Counted from the first letter of the stretch, positions 13,178-27,629 are shown. The stretch is 64,000 nt of DNA from Eledone cirrhosa (GCA_964016885.1 OZ024742.1:331080001-331144000); one strand, 5' to 3'. Notes: generated from the letters alone by a model not told the origin. Numbers and translations are program-made.

Positions 13178-15915
13178 ACAACCAAACTACGCCGAAATGA
13201 AGGAAGATATTGCAGAATTCTGTAGAAAACTTAGACTCAGCGAACAACTATACAACACATACAATGAGGATGACTCAATAGCCACAAATAGAAGCAAATA
13301 CACCCCACCAAAAGGCAAGAATAAATTCCTCGAACAATTCTGTGAACACATTACTAATTACCCATACCACCGCCTACACAGACATAAACAAAAACCAAAC
13401 CTAAACAAAACAAAAGTGGAATGGTCTTAGTCTAAAAAACGACAAAACCATTACAATCAAAGAGGCAGATAAAGGGAGTGCAGTAGTCCTTATGGAGACA
13501 GATTGTTACACAACTCTAGTACTCTCAACTCTAGAAAACCAAACATATTATGAAAAGGCCCAACACTACACACAACAGAAAATAATGAGAAACCTAAAAT
13601 CCATAACAACCCTTTACAAAGAAGGCTTTGCAGACAAGGATACAACTACATCACCAATTTCAAAAGCAGAACCAGCCTCCTCTACGGTATCCCCAACACA
13701 CACAAATGTGAAGTAATAGGCAGGGCCTGCAAGCAAGCCACAGATGTTTACATCAATATAGCCCCTCCTGATGACCTTAAATTAAAACCCATAATAGCAA
13801 GCACCACATGTGAAACCCATCGCCTAAGCAACTCCCTAGATATTCTGCTGAAACCTTTCCTAACACATATAAAAAGTATCATAAGGGACGACCTTGACAT
13901 GGTCAAACACCTCCCAACAACACGCAATAAGGAACATACCCTACTAGTAAACTTTGATGTCATCAATTTATATTCCAATATGCCACACAACCTATGTATA
14001 GAGGCAATACAATTCTGGATGGAAAATTTCCCTAGTGGACTTCCACAGCGCATCCCTAAACAATTTGTGTTGAAGGGACTCAAATTCATCTTGGAAAACA
14101 ATTTCTTCGAATTCAATGCCAAATACTAAAGACAGAAATCTGGGACTGTCATGGGCACGAAAGTGGCCCTCTCATACGCCAACCTTGTCATGGGATATTT
14201 GGAAACCATTCTCTACCGCAAATTTCTAGACAAATACGCAACCACTTCCACCGACACATAGAAAAAAGCTGGAAGAGATATCTGGACGACTGCTCTGGCA
14301 TGAAAGTATAGATATACTGTTTGAGTTCAAAACCCTTCTGAATGAGCTCAACACTAATTTACAATTCACAATGGATTACAGCCATAAACAACTCCCTTTC
14401 CTCGACATCCTCATCAAGAAAACAAGCAACAAAATAGAAACAGACATATACTACAAACCCACAGACTCCAAACAATACCTTCCATTCAATTCGTGCCACC
14501 CTAGACACACCAAAATAGCAATTCCTTACAACCTAGCCAGAAGGATATGCACAATAGTTTCAGATAAATAAACATGCCACACTCGACTAGAAGAATTAAA
14601 AAACACACTTATCAGCAGAAACTACCCACCAATGGATTCCAACGTGCTCTAAAACTAGACATCCAGGAACTCAGACACCCCAAACCCAGGAGTGAACAGA
14701 TACAAAAAAACTCTACCATACATTCCACACACAATCCCCTCAACAATGAGGCATTCGACACCATCTTCCAGAACATTCCTTTACTAAAAAGATACCCAAG
14801 CATGAACAATATCCTCCAAACACACAACATCATAAAGAGCAAAAGACAACCCAAATCTATAAAAAAAACATCCTCACACAAGCCAAAATCCAACAAACCC
14901 TCACAATAAACCCTACAGTAACAAAATGCGGAAGGCCCAACTGTGGCATATGCATAAATCTAATAGAATGTCCAACATTCCATTTTAAACAAGAACAACG
15001 TTTCACAGTTAAACACAACTTTAGATGTGCATCTGAAAATCTTATCTATGTTTTTACTTGCTCCGATTGTCAAGAGCATTACATAGGACAGACAAAAAAC
15101 AGCCTCCGTCAACGTATGACCGTCCATAAATCAAAAATTAAAATACAGGAATACAGAAAGATTGCATTTAGTGAACATATCGCCAATTGTGCTCTCAACC
15201 AACTTCCAAACTTTAACATTTTCCCCATTTACAAATTCATAGACAACTCTACTTTCATCCAACGCACCAATAAGGAAACACATTTCATTAATAAATTTCA
15301 ACCAGTACTCAATGCCCTAAAATTCGGATCAATCTAAAACTGCAACAAACCATCAAACATTTACAAGAGTTACTTCTCTCACACACTACCTAATCCTTTT
15401 TTGTTAAATAAATTAAATATCACCCAGCAAGAATAGCTTCCCTGCATATTAACTCTCTAAAAAGGGAAATCATATTAAACCACAGTCCACCATTAGCCTC
15501 CTTCACGGAACCATGGTTCAACTAAGTACTCTTACGATATTAACACATTTTGAAGTGCTTAACTTCAATGACTGTGCTTGTAAATAACATTAACTTTTCG
15601 TCCACATTGACTTGTTTTCATTATGCACGTTTATTTTCCTTTTTCTTTTTTCTTTTCACTTCTTAAACCTTGATTGTATCTAACATTATTCTTTCTGAAC
15701 CTTGTATAAAACATTATACTTTCTGCACCTTCTGTTTAACATGTGCGACACCACACTAATTCATTTCACTATCATTTGATAATGCATATAAATGCAGAAA
15801 CCGGTAATAGAAAATAATTAAATTTATAAATAGATAAATAAATGCCATTGTTAAATAATAAATAAATCAACTAATACCTTAACACTTCACACAAATTAAA
15901 ACATTTCGTTTTAAT
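13178..15915 (+). mobile_element. Near-complete decayed Neptune-like PLE (RT + GIY-YIG + 3' region)
   Basis: EADKGSAVV, PIIAST, FDVINLYSNMP, GTVMGTKV, WKRYLDD, LPFLDI, YYKPTD, CGRPNCGIC, LIYVFTC..C..YIGQT; many frameshifts and stops. Confidence 0.93.
15770..15812 (+). ncRNA. Minimal type I hammerhead, U3:A8
   Basis: UUGAUAA-UGCAU(AUAA)AUGCA-GAAA-CCGG-UA^; stem I is short and imperfect. Confidence 0.7.
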
Positions 15916-16006
15916 CATTTTCTAACCCAGAAAAAGAGAGAGAGAGAGAGACAAAAAAAGGAAAAAAATATATTTGTCTTCCTCATAATCGTCTCTGTCT
16001 CTATGT

Positions 16007-16093
<87 letters not shown>

Positions 16094-16099
16094 TACACA

Positions 16100-17039
<940 letters not shown>

Positions 17040-17043
<4 letters not shown>

Positions 17044-17738
17044 TATGAAACGGAAATGCGGGTATAAAGAATTTATTAGGTAACAATTGTTTCTATAGTG
17101 TATGGGTTACCTATATCTCGCTATTTGAATAATATAAAAATATTATCATAAACCGAAGGTACACTGTAAGAAAACACACGATTTCTTCAGACCTTTGTAG
17201 TGGAATGATATGAAAATATTTTATACACTAGATAAAAGATAAAGAAGGAGGTAGGAAGGGAAGGGGGAGAGGGTAGCGAGTAAGGGGAAGGGAGTCCTAG
17301 GATTTAAGACTGTCAGAGTAGTAGAGATTGTAAGGAGATAATGCTTTGGCAGCAGTAGGCTTAATGAGGCGTGTTAGGGTTGGCGGGGGAGGTAGATTAT
17401 TCTAGTGGTGTTGTTAGGACAAAATTTAGTTAAAGGGGTCAAAGTGGTACAGAGTTACAGACAAGTTATTGGGGCTATTATAGTAGCAGGTTATTTCTAA
17501 AGGGGTCCAAAAACAGTGTTTAGTATTATTATTATAGAAAGCCATATGATGTGTATAAACATATAAAACAGAAATTTGCAAACGATGGTGTAAAAAGGTA
17601 ACATTACATGCATTTAAAAAAAAAGAAAAAGTCGTTTTCAAACGATGGTTACAGTAAAGTGAACGTTCAATTTTGCTGTTCAAAAGTTTGTTTTCCGACG
17701 TAAAAATGCAGTATAACTCCATATTGCATACTTTACAG
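17040..17738 (-). mobile_element. 3' end of another PLE of the 11-kb type (EN C-terminus + pLTR)
   Basis: CKVCNMELYCIFTSENKLLNSKIERSLYCNHR aligns with CNLCSEETLQMLFSTDQLLNKKDELVTACKHR of the 11-kb element; followed by a pyrimidine-rich UTR and an HHR-like motif. Confidence 0.75.
17078..17194 (-). ncRNA. Candidate hammerhead with ~90-nt stem II insert
   Basis: AGGU-CUGAAGA-[90 nt]-GAAA-CAAUUG-UU^ACCU; palindromic stem III ACAAUUGU; stem I AGGU/ACCU; base of stem II imperfect. Confidence 0.55.
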
Positions 17739-18281
17739 ATGGCTCTGGTCCACCCGTTCTATCTATCTGTGTGGGTGGACCAGAGCCATACGGACACCCG
17801 AAAACCACGATGAACTGAAGAAAATGATTGCACATGCGGTAGCGGCCAGCATAAAACTAAGCCTTAAGGAACATATGTCCAAATTTAATGGAAAAAACAT
17901 ATGCCCAAGAGGAAGGAGCAGCCATTGGTGTTAGCATTGCAGGCGACATAGCTAACTTATTCAGGGTATGGTGGGACAGTAGACTTAAACTTAAATTAAA
18001 GAACAATTAGAAGACCCCTTAACCCTGATAATGTACTCCCGCTACGTTGACGATATAAACATCGTAGTTAAGACACCCCCACTAGAGAACAGTCAGGAAC
18101 TAAAGAAAAACGCAATGGAAAGCATCCAGCAAATAGCTAACTCCATCCACCCGAGTATTAGAGTTACTATAGACTACCCAAGTAAACACCCCAACCATTG
18201 ATTACCTGTACTTGACACAGATCTCTGGTTAGATACCATTAATACAAAAAACAAATCCTCCATTCCCATTATGCCAAACCC

Positions 18282-19172
18282 ATGACTTCCAAACATCTAA
18301 TCCACCGAAACTCGACTGTTTCGGACCATACCAAAATCAACATACTGATTGCGGATTTGGTACGTGTGATGAGAAACGTGTCCCGCATGTGCAACCCCGA
18401 AGAACTAGAGAGACACATACAACACTTCATCCACCGTATGCAGTTCTCTGGTTACAATCAGAGAGATAGAATCAGAGTCTATAGAGGAGCCAGAACCAAA
18501 TGGGAAAAAATGGTAAATAATGACAAAAATGGGACCTGCCCCTTGTATAGGAGCACATTTTGGAATAGAATAGAAAGAACGAGGAATAAGGCTAATAGAA
18601 TAAACTCATGGTATGATATCAATAAATACCAGAGTGTAATGTTCATCGATACAAACCCTACATGTGAATTAGCTTACAAATTTAGAAGGGCCCTAGATAA
18701 ACATAAACTCAATATTAAGATAGTAGAAAGACCAGGTACCTCCATAAAAACACTTATTAGCAAGACATACCCTTTCCAAAGACCCCCCTGTATAGATAAG
18801 AAATGTATAACCTGTAAAATAAGCCCCCATATTAACTGTAAAACTAGAAATGTAGTGTATAGCATAAGATGTACTAAAGGACAATGTAGAGACAAAAATA
18901 TAGTGTACATAGGTGAGACAGCTCGTAGTGTAGGGGAACGGATAAATGAACACTGGCGAGACCTTCAAGATAGTAAAGAATCATCTGTACTCTACCAACA
19001 TGCTAAAATAGAACATAAGGGTAAATTAGAGAACATAGAAATAAAAATAGAATCTACACACAGAAAAGACGCAATGTCTAGACAAATCACAGAGGCAATA
19101 CACATAAAAGAATTACAACCAAAATTAAATAGAAAATATGAGTGGAACAGCAACATCACAACTTACAATTAA
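18282..19172 (+). CDS. Open 296-aa C-terminal part of PLE polyprotein (thumb, Cys linker, GIY-YIG); probably non-functional fragment
   Basis: CIDKKCITC..C, NVVYSIRC...VYIGETARSVGERINEH, RQITEAIHI..P.LN. Confidence 0.75.
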   Translation: MTSKHLIHRNSTVSDHTKINILIADLVRVMRNVSRMCNPEELERHIQHFIHRMQFSGYNQRDRIRVYRGARTKWEKMVNNDKNGTCPLYRSTFWNRIERTRNKANRINSWYDINKYQSVMFIDTNPTCELAYKFRRALDKHKLNIKIVERPGTSIKTLISKTYPFQRPPCIDKKCITCKISPHINCKTRNVVYSIRCTKGQCRDKNIVYIGETARSVGERINEHWRDLQDSKESSVLYQHAKIEHKGKLENIEIKIESTHRKDAMSRQITEAIHIKELQPKLNRKYEWNSNITTYN

Positions 19173-19372
19173 CGACAAAATGAAAACACACACACACATA
19201 GAACAAACAACCAACCGGTAACACGTAAATAAACAAATAAATAAACAAATATAAACACACACAGACACCCGGATGTGGCGCATGCGCAGACTGAGCACAC
19301 AACACACACACAGAAACAAAATGGCGTAGGACAGAAGAAAGGAGAGACACAAAAACAAAGAAAATATCCACA

Positions 19373-19415
19373 GTTACTGAGGAGGTCACAGAATGCGTGA
19401 CGAAAGAACATTGAC
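19373..19415 (+). ncRNA. Hammerhead-like motif with an extra base after A9 (second copy 58755-58797)
   Basis: GUUA-CUGAGGA-G-GUCAC..GUGAC-GAAA-GAACAU-UGAC; two-copy consensus GUCA..GAAAGAACUU^UGAC; stem III marginal. Confidence 0.5.
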
Positions 19416-19553
19416 AATATATAAACAACTATCTGGTTGCGGAACCAACCAACCAACCAGAAATTTCTAAATTTCTAAATTTATTATAATAAATTGAAGT
19501 GAAAGCAACTGGTACGTGTATTTCTTATTGGCAACATGACCCTCCCAAAGTAT

Positions 19554-19603
<50 letters not shown>

Positions 19604-20191
19604 TTCCTTTATTTTCCTCGGAAGACGGGATGTTAATCTTGATATATCAGGACATCTAAATTAATTAAGGTAAAACAAACTCCTCCTTTCTTACGTTTTA
19701 ATTATTTGTTTATTCGTACATTCTGCTTTGTCGTGGCTTTCAAATATTGAATTCACTCCCTCTCTCTCTCTGCATCTCTCCCTCTCTATTTGTATGTATA
19801 GTCACATCACATTTATTAAGTCGATAGTTTTGTACTTACATCCACACACACTCTTTTATTCACATATGGAAACACATTTTTCTTAGCTTCGTACGGTTGT
19901 TTAACACACACACTGTCACGCACATCCCCCCCACAGACACACACATGCACACACACACACTCACACACACAAATGATTACGCACGTGCGCTTTTTACGAA
20001 ACGTTTTTTTTTGCTTTTCGGGTAGAAGCGCGCCAAAAAACAGTTTTCTTAAAAAATAAATCATATGCAAAACGCCAGCACCAACAGTTTTGCAAGAGAT
20101 GTCAACATGTACCTTTTACTTTTATTTAGATACATTTTTTTTTCCAATTACAACCCGCCCGTCCCCTCAATCTATCTTATATCTCATTTTT

Positions 20192-20227
20192 TCTTCTGAT
20201 GAAGGACTAGCGTCCGAAACGTTAAGA
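20192..20227 (+). ncRNA. Minimal type I hammerhead, canonical core
   Basis: UCUU-CUGAUGA-A-GGAC(UAGC)GUCC-GAAA-CG-UU^AAGA; palindromic stem III ACGU. Confidence 0.8.
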
Positions 20228-20470
20228 CCCTCTTCCTGCTATATCAAGCGTTAACCTAGTATATCCCTTACATATACTGTACAGATTGTGTTGTTATTTC
20301 TGTTTACATTTTATATAATTATATATATATATATATGTATGTATATATATATTAGGGTAAATATTGATACAATTCAATTCAAGCACTCAACGTACTTTTT
20401 CCACATAGGAGTGACGGAGTAAATATCCAATAAGGAAAAGCGAAGTAGTTTCAGATGTTCAAGTACTTTA

Positions 20471-20661
20471 ATAATAATTGTTTCTACTTTAGGCACAAGG
20501 CCAGCAATTACCAGTGCATTACTGGTACTTTATTTTATCGACCCCGTAAGGATGAAAGGCAAAGTCAACCTCGGCGGGATTTGAACTCAGATGGTAAAGG
20601 GACGTAACTATGCTGGAAAGCATGGCGTCCGACCCTCTACCGATACTGCCAATCCACCGCC
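20471..20661 (-). mobile_element. tRNA-derived SINE (Meta-domain-like centre)
   Basis: Box A/B-like tggcagtatcgg...gagttcaaatcc, central ctttgcctttcatccttacggggtcgataaaataaagtacc, (TTA) tail; several copies in the window. Confidence 0.88.
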
Positions 20662-21549
20662 CTTTACTTTAATAATAATGCTGTGATATATATTTCAATG
20701 GCGCCACTGGCCACAATGTTCTGTGTGCGAGTCTCGTGACATCATCAGAGAGCTTGTTACATAATAAGGTTATGTTTCCGAGGCAATCCAAATTGAATCG
20801 ACATGGGAACGGATGAAATGCGTGCTTTTGGGTTTATCACCCGTTCCCCTGTGAGTACCAATTCACCCCCACCGGTCTGCGTGTGCGCATGTCCGAAGGA
20901 AGTTGACCATTGGCTACCGCAGATTTTAATAAAATTCGCTTAGTCATTTCAGCCTCTCAGTGACACAATGGGCCGTACCATAGTTTACTGCTACCCATCA
21001 CGACTGTGGTAGTCAGTCGAAAGCCAGAGGGGGTGGGAGAGTGTTAGTCTTTACAGATCATAATACTACCTCTCACCTAGCGTGGACAGTACGACTGACC
21101 TTCAACTCAAAGGGAAAATAAACTTAATTCTAAGTATCATGATTTTACATTGTAAGTTAAGAGTGAGAGTTGGAAACAAAAATTAAAGTTCTAAATCAAG
21201 TATCAGAAATTATAAATTAAACAATTAAAAAATTAACAATTAGTAATTAAAAGTTGGAAATTTTTTTTTCCCCTCCAGTGAGAATTCGGACTGAGGTGAG
21301 TAAAAAAATATAGATTGAAGTGAGTAAATAATATGGAGAGAGATGTTTAAGTAAGAGGTTCTGAGAGGGGTTCTAGTGTCACAGTTACTCTATCCACATA
21401 TTGAACGACAGTGCCGTACATTAGAACGGAGGGTAAGCTACAGCATTCAAGGCATTAGTCAATCTGGTAGTCATAATTTCCATGTGTTTTTGCATTTTTT
21501 CTTCTATGTCTGTCTTTCTTTGGTATTGTTCCATGTGATGGAAATTATG

Positions 21550-21610
21550 AGTCCAGAATTAGCCGTCGAAACGGCTTGAGCTCAGCTGTCGGGGTCTTAC
21601 TGGTTCCTAT
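21550..21610 (+). repeat. 61-bp stub of the 9.9-12.8 kb PLE end (3' half of HHR)
   Basis: agtccagaattagccgtcgaaacggcttgagctcagctgtcggggtcttactggttcctat followed by (AT)n. Confidence 0.9.
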
Positions 21611-21833
21611 ATATATATATATATACATATGTGTGTGTGTGTGTGTGTGTATGTGTGTGCGTGTGTGCGTGTGTACATATGTATGCATTTGTATGTATAC
21701 ATGAATGTATATGAAAATGTGTATACCAACTATCAGCAAGAAGGTACATTGGTGTATATATATATACACACGCAGAATTAATATGTATTTATTGTAATTC
21801 GTACGAATTATATTTTATTTGAAAATAAAATTG

Positions 21834-21885
<52 letters not shown>

Positions 21886-22382
21886 AATTAATATATCTAG
21901 TAACATATATATACACATGCATACTTATGCTAGTAAATATATAGGTTTTGTCTTAGTAACTTTGTGGTTCAATGCATGGGGATGCAGAACAATACTATGA
22001 GATACGTAAAATAAGAAAATTATAAAATTAACTTACTTACTTAAAATTTCACTCGAACTAATTAGTTTCTGAAAGGGAATAAACATAGTTTCCGAAGAAA
22101 CGTACGGAGAAGCCCTTCGTCATATATATATATAAAGGTAGAACACTGAAAGGTAATATCCGTAGTAGTAGAGCACTAAGTCCATGGGACGAGTCTAACT
22201 GTTCTGTTACGACTTATACACATATATATGTATACATATATATATATATATATAGATTAATATTAATAATAAATTTGAAAACTAAAATCCAATAAATATA
22301 TATATATATATACAAAAAAAGATGAAATCGAAAATGCAACTGTAGTCTTATTTAAAAAATATATATATATATTTATTTGGTT

Positions 22383-22420
22383 CCTTTACCGGTTTCGCAG
22401 TTCTTCTGCTTTTCAAAAGG
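22383..22420 (-). ncRNA. Minimal type I hammerhead, U3:A8 (intact)
   Basis: CCUU-UUGAAAA-GCAG(AAGAA)CUGC-GAAA-CCGG-UA^AAGG. Confidence 0.85.
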
Positions 22421-22948
22421 TGAGTTGAGATGGAGGGTCTGTGGTTTTTCTCACATCTGGTTGGTCTCTGAATGTTACTTATTTTATATGGAAAAAGTGG
22501 CTTGACATGCCAGGTTTTTCGAGAAGTAATTTGGTTGGTTGGTCAATAATTATAATAAATTTCGCGCCAGTTCGCGTTACAAAGTTCTTCAAACAAGGGG
22601 TGGGGGTCGCAGGTTGTATTTTCATATATGAGTGTTTGAATTTCTTTTTACTTGAAAAAAGGGGCTCACGAAGGCTTTTTTTTAATAAGCGTAATTTGAT
22701 TGGTTATAAATGAAATTATGGCTGTCACATGAACAAGTTTTCATTAAATTTTCGCGTCCTTATTTGGAAATCCATTCTGTAGCCTTTTTAGAGAATTTTA
22801 TGATAAGTAAAAGATAATGGGCAAGAGAAATGGGATGGGAGAATTGTTCTGGTTCAGTGAATATAGTTATATATATATATATATATGGAAGGCTTTTTTT
22901 AATAAAAAAGCCTTCGTGATCCCATTTTTTTTAAAGTAAAAATAAATT

Positions 22949-23009
<61 letters not shown>

Positions 23010-23541
23010 GCACACAAATAAACATGCATATCTGTACATTCTTTATTCAATAGAAAATCTGAATTCTGACACCCGAGCGAACTAACCGTATTCACTGAAC
23101 CAGAACAATTCTCCCATGCCATTTCTCTTGACCATTATCTTTTACTTATCATAAAATTCTCTAAAAAGGCTACAGAATGGATTTCCAAATAAGGGCGCGA
23201 AAATTTAATGAAAACTTGTTCACGTGACAGCCATAATTTCATTTATATCCAACCAAATTACGCTTATTAAAAAAAAGCCTTCGTGAGCCCCTTTTTTCAA
23301 GTAAAAAGAAATTCAAACACTCATATATGAAAAAAACAACCTGTGACAAAACACACACACACACCTTGTTTGAAGAACTTTGTAACGCGAACTGGCGCAA
23401 AATTTATTATAATTATTGACCAACCAATCCAATTACTTCTCGAAAAACCTGGCATTTCGAGCCACTTTTTCCATATAAAATAAGTAACATTCAGAGACCA
23501 ACCAGATGTGAGAAAAACCACAGACCCTCCATCTCAACTCT

Positions 23542-23579
23542 ACTTTTGAAAAGTAGAAGACCTGCGAAACCGGTAAAGG
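23542..23579 (+). ncRNA. Minimal type I hammerhead, second arm
   Basis: ACUU-UUGAAAA-GUAG(AAGAC)CUGC-GAAA-CCGG-UA^AAGG. Confidence 0.8.
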
Positions 23580-24858
23580 AACCGAATAAATATATATATA
23601 TATATTTTTTAAAATAAGACTCCAGCTGCATTTTCGATTTAATCTTTTTTTCTTTATACTTTCACTCGTGTAGGACACCTCGGTGATTTTTCATTTTGTA
23701 AAAAAAAACTCACTTTTTAATATATATATATATATATCGAGCCCTCTTAGGATTTTAGTCTTCAAATTTATTATTATTACTATATATATATATATTTCAA
23801 TATGTTAAGGGAAGAACCTTTATTTACTGGGTTGAATAAGTACAGCAGCATAACAAACTTGTACTCATATGTTTTTGACTAATTTATGTGAAGATTCCTA
23901 AATTTCTGCAACATCACCAAATATGTTGCTCTCTAACAAAGTAATTTATTGAACACAGAATTCAACATTGACTTCTATCCATTTAAAATAAGCTATAAAC
24001 GGTTTAGATCATCGTATTTTTTTCTGTAGAGAATTTCGTAAATTTTATCAAAGAAAATTACATAAACTTATCTATTTTTTAAACTGAGAAATGAACTGCT
24101 AAACGGCAGGTGTTTTCATTTGGAGCTTTGTAAAATTGCTTTTGCATTAGTTGTAAATGAATAAATAAATAAATAAATAAATCTATAAATAAATAAACAA
24201 ACATAAGTATCGAGAGACAACTGAAGGTAGTAGAGGAGATAAATCAACTATCACACTGTTTGAGGATATATTATTAAATTGTATGTTAACACATTTATAT
24301 TAAACCAGAGGAAAAAAGAAAAGCGTACACTAATTACATTGAACTATAACGGATTGATGCAACGTGGTCGAAGATGCCCCTTTCACAATAGTAATGCCCT
24401 GGCTTCTATTTCACTTCATTATAACTTGGGCTTTGTCATTTACCCAAACCATGTGCATGCACACAAACGTGAACACATATAAGCCTGTTATATCAACCCC
24501 AATATTTGATTCGTATTTTATATTGTCGGCATCGAAAGGGTGAAATGTGAAGAATACACGATGGAATTAGAACTCAGAATGTAAGGAATCACAACGAAAA
24601 GCGGTAGAGCATTATGTTTAATGATCTATTAATTCACTACCCCAGACATTGTCATGAAACTAAAAATAATAATGAAACAAATACGACGAATATGAAATGC
24701 ATGCATTACACTTGAAGGAAAAGCAAGGAAGTGGTTAACTTAAGTGCCTGATAGTTGAAAATTCCGAAAGTGACCTCAACTAATAGTGCTGTCAATGAAG
24801 AAATTAGACACTCTCGCATATTTCCTTCAAAGATCTAACACATATGCAGAGAAAGAGC

Positions 24859-24938
<80 letters not shown>

Positions 24939-25067
24939 TAGAGGGAGAGAGAATGAGAGAGATAGAGAGGGGAGAGATAGATAGATAGAGAGAGTGTGAG
25001 AGAGAGAGAGATAGAGAGAGAGAGATATATATATATAGAGAGAGAGAGATAGAGATAGAGAGAGGGG

Positions 25068-25103
<36 letters not shown>

Positions 25104-25302
25104 CACAAGAACACAATATATATTTTATTTATTTCTCTCTCCCGCTGTGTTTCTCAATATTTCGCTCTCTATATATATCCACACTCCCACATACACGTAC
25201 ATGCACAATAACACACACTCGCTCTCACATACACACATACATACATATATACATACGCACACACGCAGACACATAAACACACACACATACACGCACACAC
25301 AC

Positions 25303-25341
<39 letters not shown>

Positions 25342-25897
25342 TATGCATACATGCATATATATATATATATATATTCATATATATATATATATTCACGTAT
25401 GTATGCACGAATGGATGGTTGTATTTCTCGTAGTATATAGAACTTCGATTTATCTGAAAGTTAGCACATTAGTGATGAGATGATGGGATATAAAAATTGA
25501 CTGAATAACGTCTTCAAAGCGAAAGCCCATTCGAATTCAGATTAAAAATATGAGCTAGGCTGCCTAATAATTTAATAGCGATCGCAACTGACAACTTTTC
25601 ATAGCATTCTGCAAAATGGCGCCTGGCGAATTCAATGATTGCTTTCGCGTTATTAATTGAAATTTGCAATCCAGGAGTCAATAGTTTAGATTTTAACAAT
25701 GACCCTACGAAATGCTCACTCAAATGATCTAATTTCTACACATATCGTTTCACCAATTTGTATTGATTGGCTTCAGATTTCATATTATTACATGGCGTAC
25801 TGAGAAGGCACTAGATAATGTAGGAATCACACACAGACACACACACACATATATACACATGCGCACACACACATACACTCACACACACAGATATATA

Positions 25898-25975
<78 letters not shown>

Positions 25976-26069
25976 GAGAGAGAGAAATCCATATATATAT
26001 ATATACATGGATGTCTCTCACTCTCTGTCTCTCTATATATATATATAAATATGTATGTATATATATATT

Positions 26070-26203
<134 letters not shown>

Positions 26204-26435
26204 TGTGTAACTGTGCGAGCATATATGTACATATATGTATGGGAAGGTAAGTTGTGTTTATGGATATATAAAGGTTTCTACATACGCTGTTGTATGCGGT
26301 ACATATAAACGTATACGTATATTCATCTAGAATAGCTCACTGAACGTTAAATCCGTAATCTTCTACCCATATTAATGGATATGTATCTCTATGTTTGCAT
26401 GTACGTATGTAAGTATTTATGAATGTATCCATGAA

Positions 26436-26525
<90 letters not shown>

Positions 26526-26757
26526 AATATATACTACCATTTCCATGCCATTCTGTATGTGATGCCCAGAACTAATGAATCAATAAAATCCTCATAAGAA
26601 ATGCGATTAGATCATATATAAAATAGGTTAACACAACCAAGTACGCAGGCACACACGTGTATCTTTGTATCTATCAATGTATCTCTCTTTCTCTCTCTCT
26701 CTCTCTCTGTCTCTCCCTTCCTCTCTATATATATATATATATCTCTCTCTCCACACA

Positions 26758-26852
<95 letters not shown>

Positions 26853-27558
26853 ATCTAACTATGTGTCTTTATGTAGTTAACTATGTGCGCATTAGTGCTC
26901 CTATACCCGCAGAAATGTATGGGAATAATATATTAGTCGACTGATAAGGAGAAGTGAGTCTATGGACATGCTCAGAGGAAGTGCTGAGTTGAAAGATAGT
27001 GTGTTGGGCAGAGAAGGTACGTAGGAGTTTGATGGTGTAGTATAAGTGACTTTCTAAAGAGCAGAGAATGTATGAAGCTTTCATATTGAAATTACATTTA
27101 AAAGTAAGGAATACTATAATTTTCTTTTTTCAATTATCATATCTATTTCCATTTCTGCTGCGATCTTTATTGTAATGCTTTTGTTACAATATGTTCGCTT
27201 CCATTGGCGACATCGCCTTCCTCTTTGATTTATCTTCATTGCTGTTCCGAATGGTAACCGAGAAATTATAATTTCTGTCTAATTTCTCACGTTGGACGCT
27301 CGGCTAATGGATTTTATAACCACACATTCACACATTTTCAATTTCGATAAGTCTCTATTATTCTCTATCAAACCCACTATTCTGTGTATCACAGCATCTT
27401 TCTCGCCATCTCTGTCTCTCTTTCCATAATAGTTCACTCTTTCTCTTTCACGATACATGTACTTCTTGCTTTATTTTCATCTTTTCGAAACACAGTCAAA
27501 CGCATATATTGACATATGTGGGTATATGTGCATGCTTGATAGAGTGATTGTGCGCATG

Positions 27559-27629
<71 letters not shown>

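Larger units (their letters stand above)
17756..19560 (+). mobile_element. 5'-truncated PLE of a third family (RT C-half + GIY-YIG + 3' region)
   Basis: GAAIGVSIAGDIANLF, YSRYVDD, PVLD; 3' region repeated at 58455-58950; ends in (TA)n. Confidence 0.9.
22314..23720. mobile_element. Non-coding inverted pLTR pair (related to the 20-490 pLTR)
   Basis: Arms 22314-22864 and 23089-23651; ~70-nt extra tail on the right; HHR in each arm. Confidence 0.88.

Noticed and set aside
20471-20661. tRNA genes
   Set aside because: Only box A/B-like heads followed by a SINE body; no cloverleaf
20705-20755. Minus-strand CUGAUGA as a hammerhead
   Set aside because: Followed by GAAC rather than GAAA, and no stem I/III
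25514-25723. 69-aa minus-strand ORF as a host exon
   Set aside because: No recognisable motif or supported splice context
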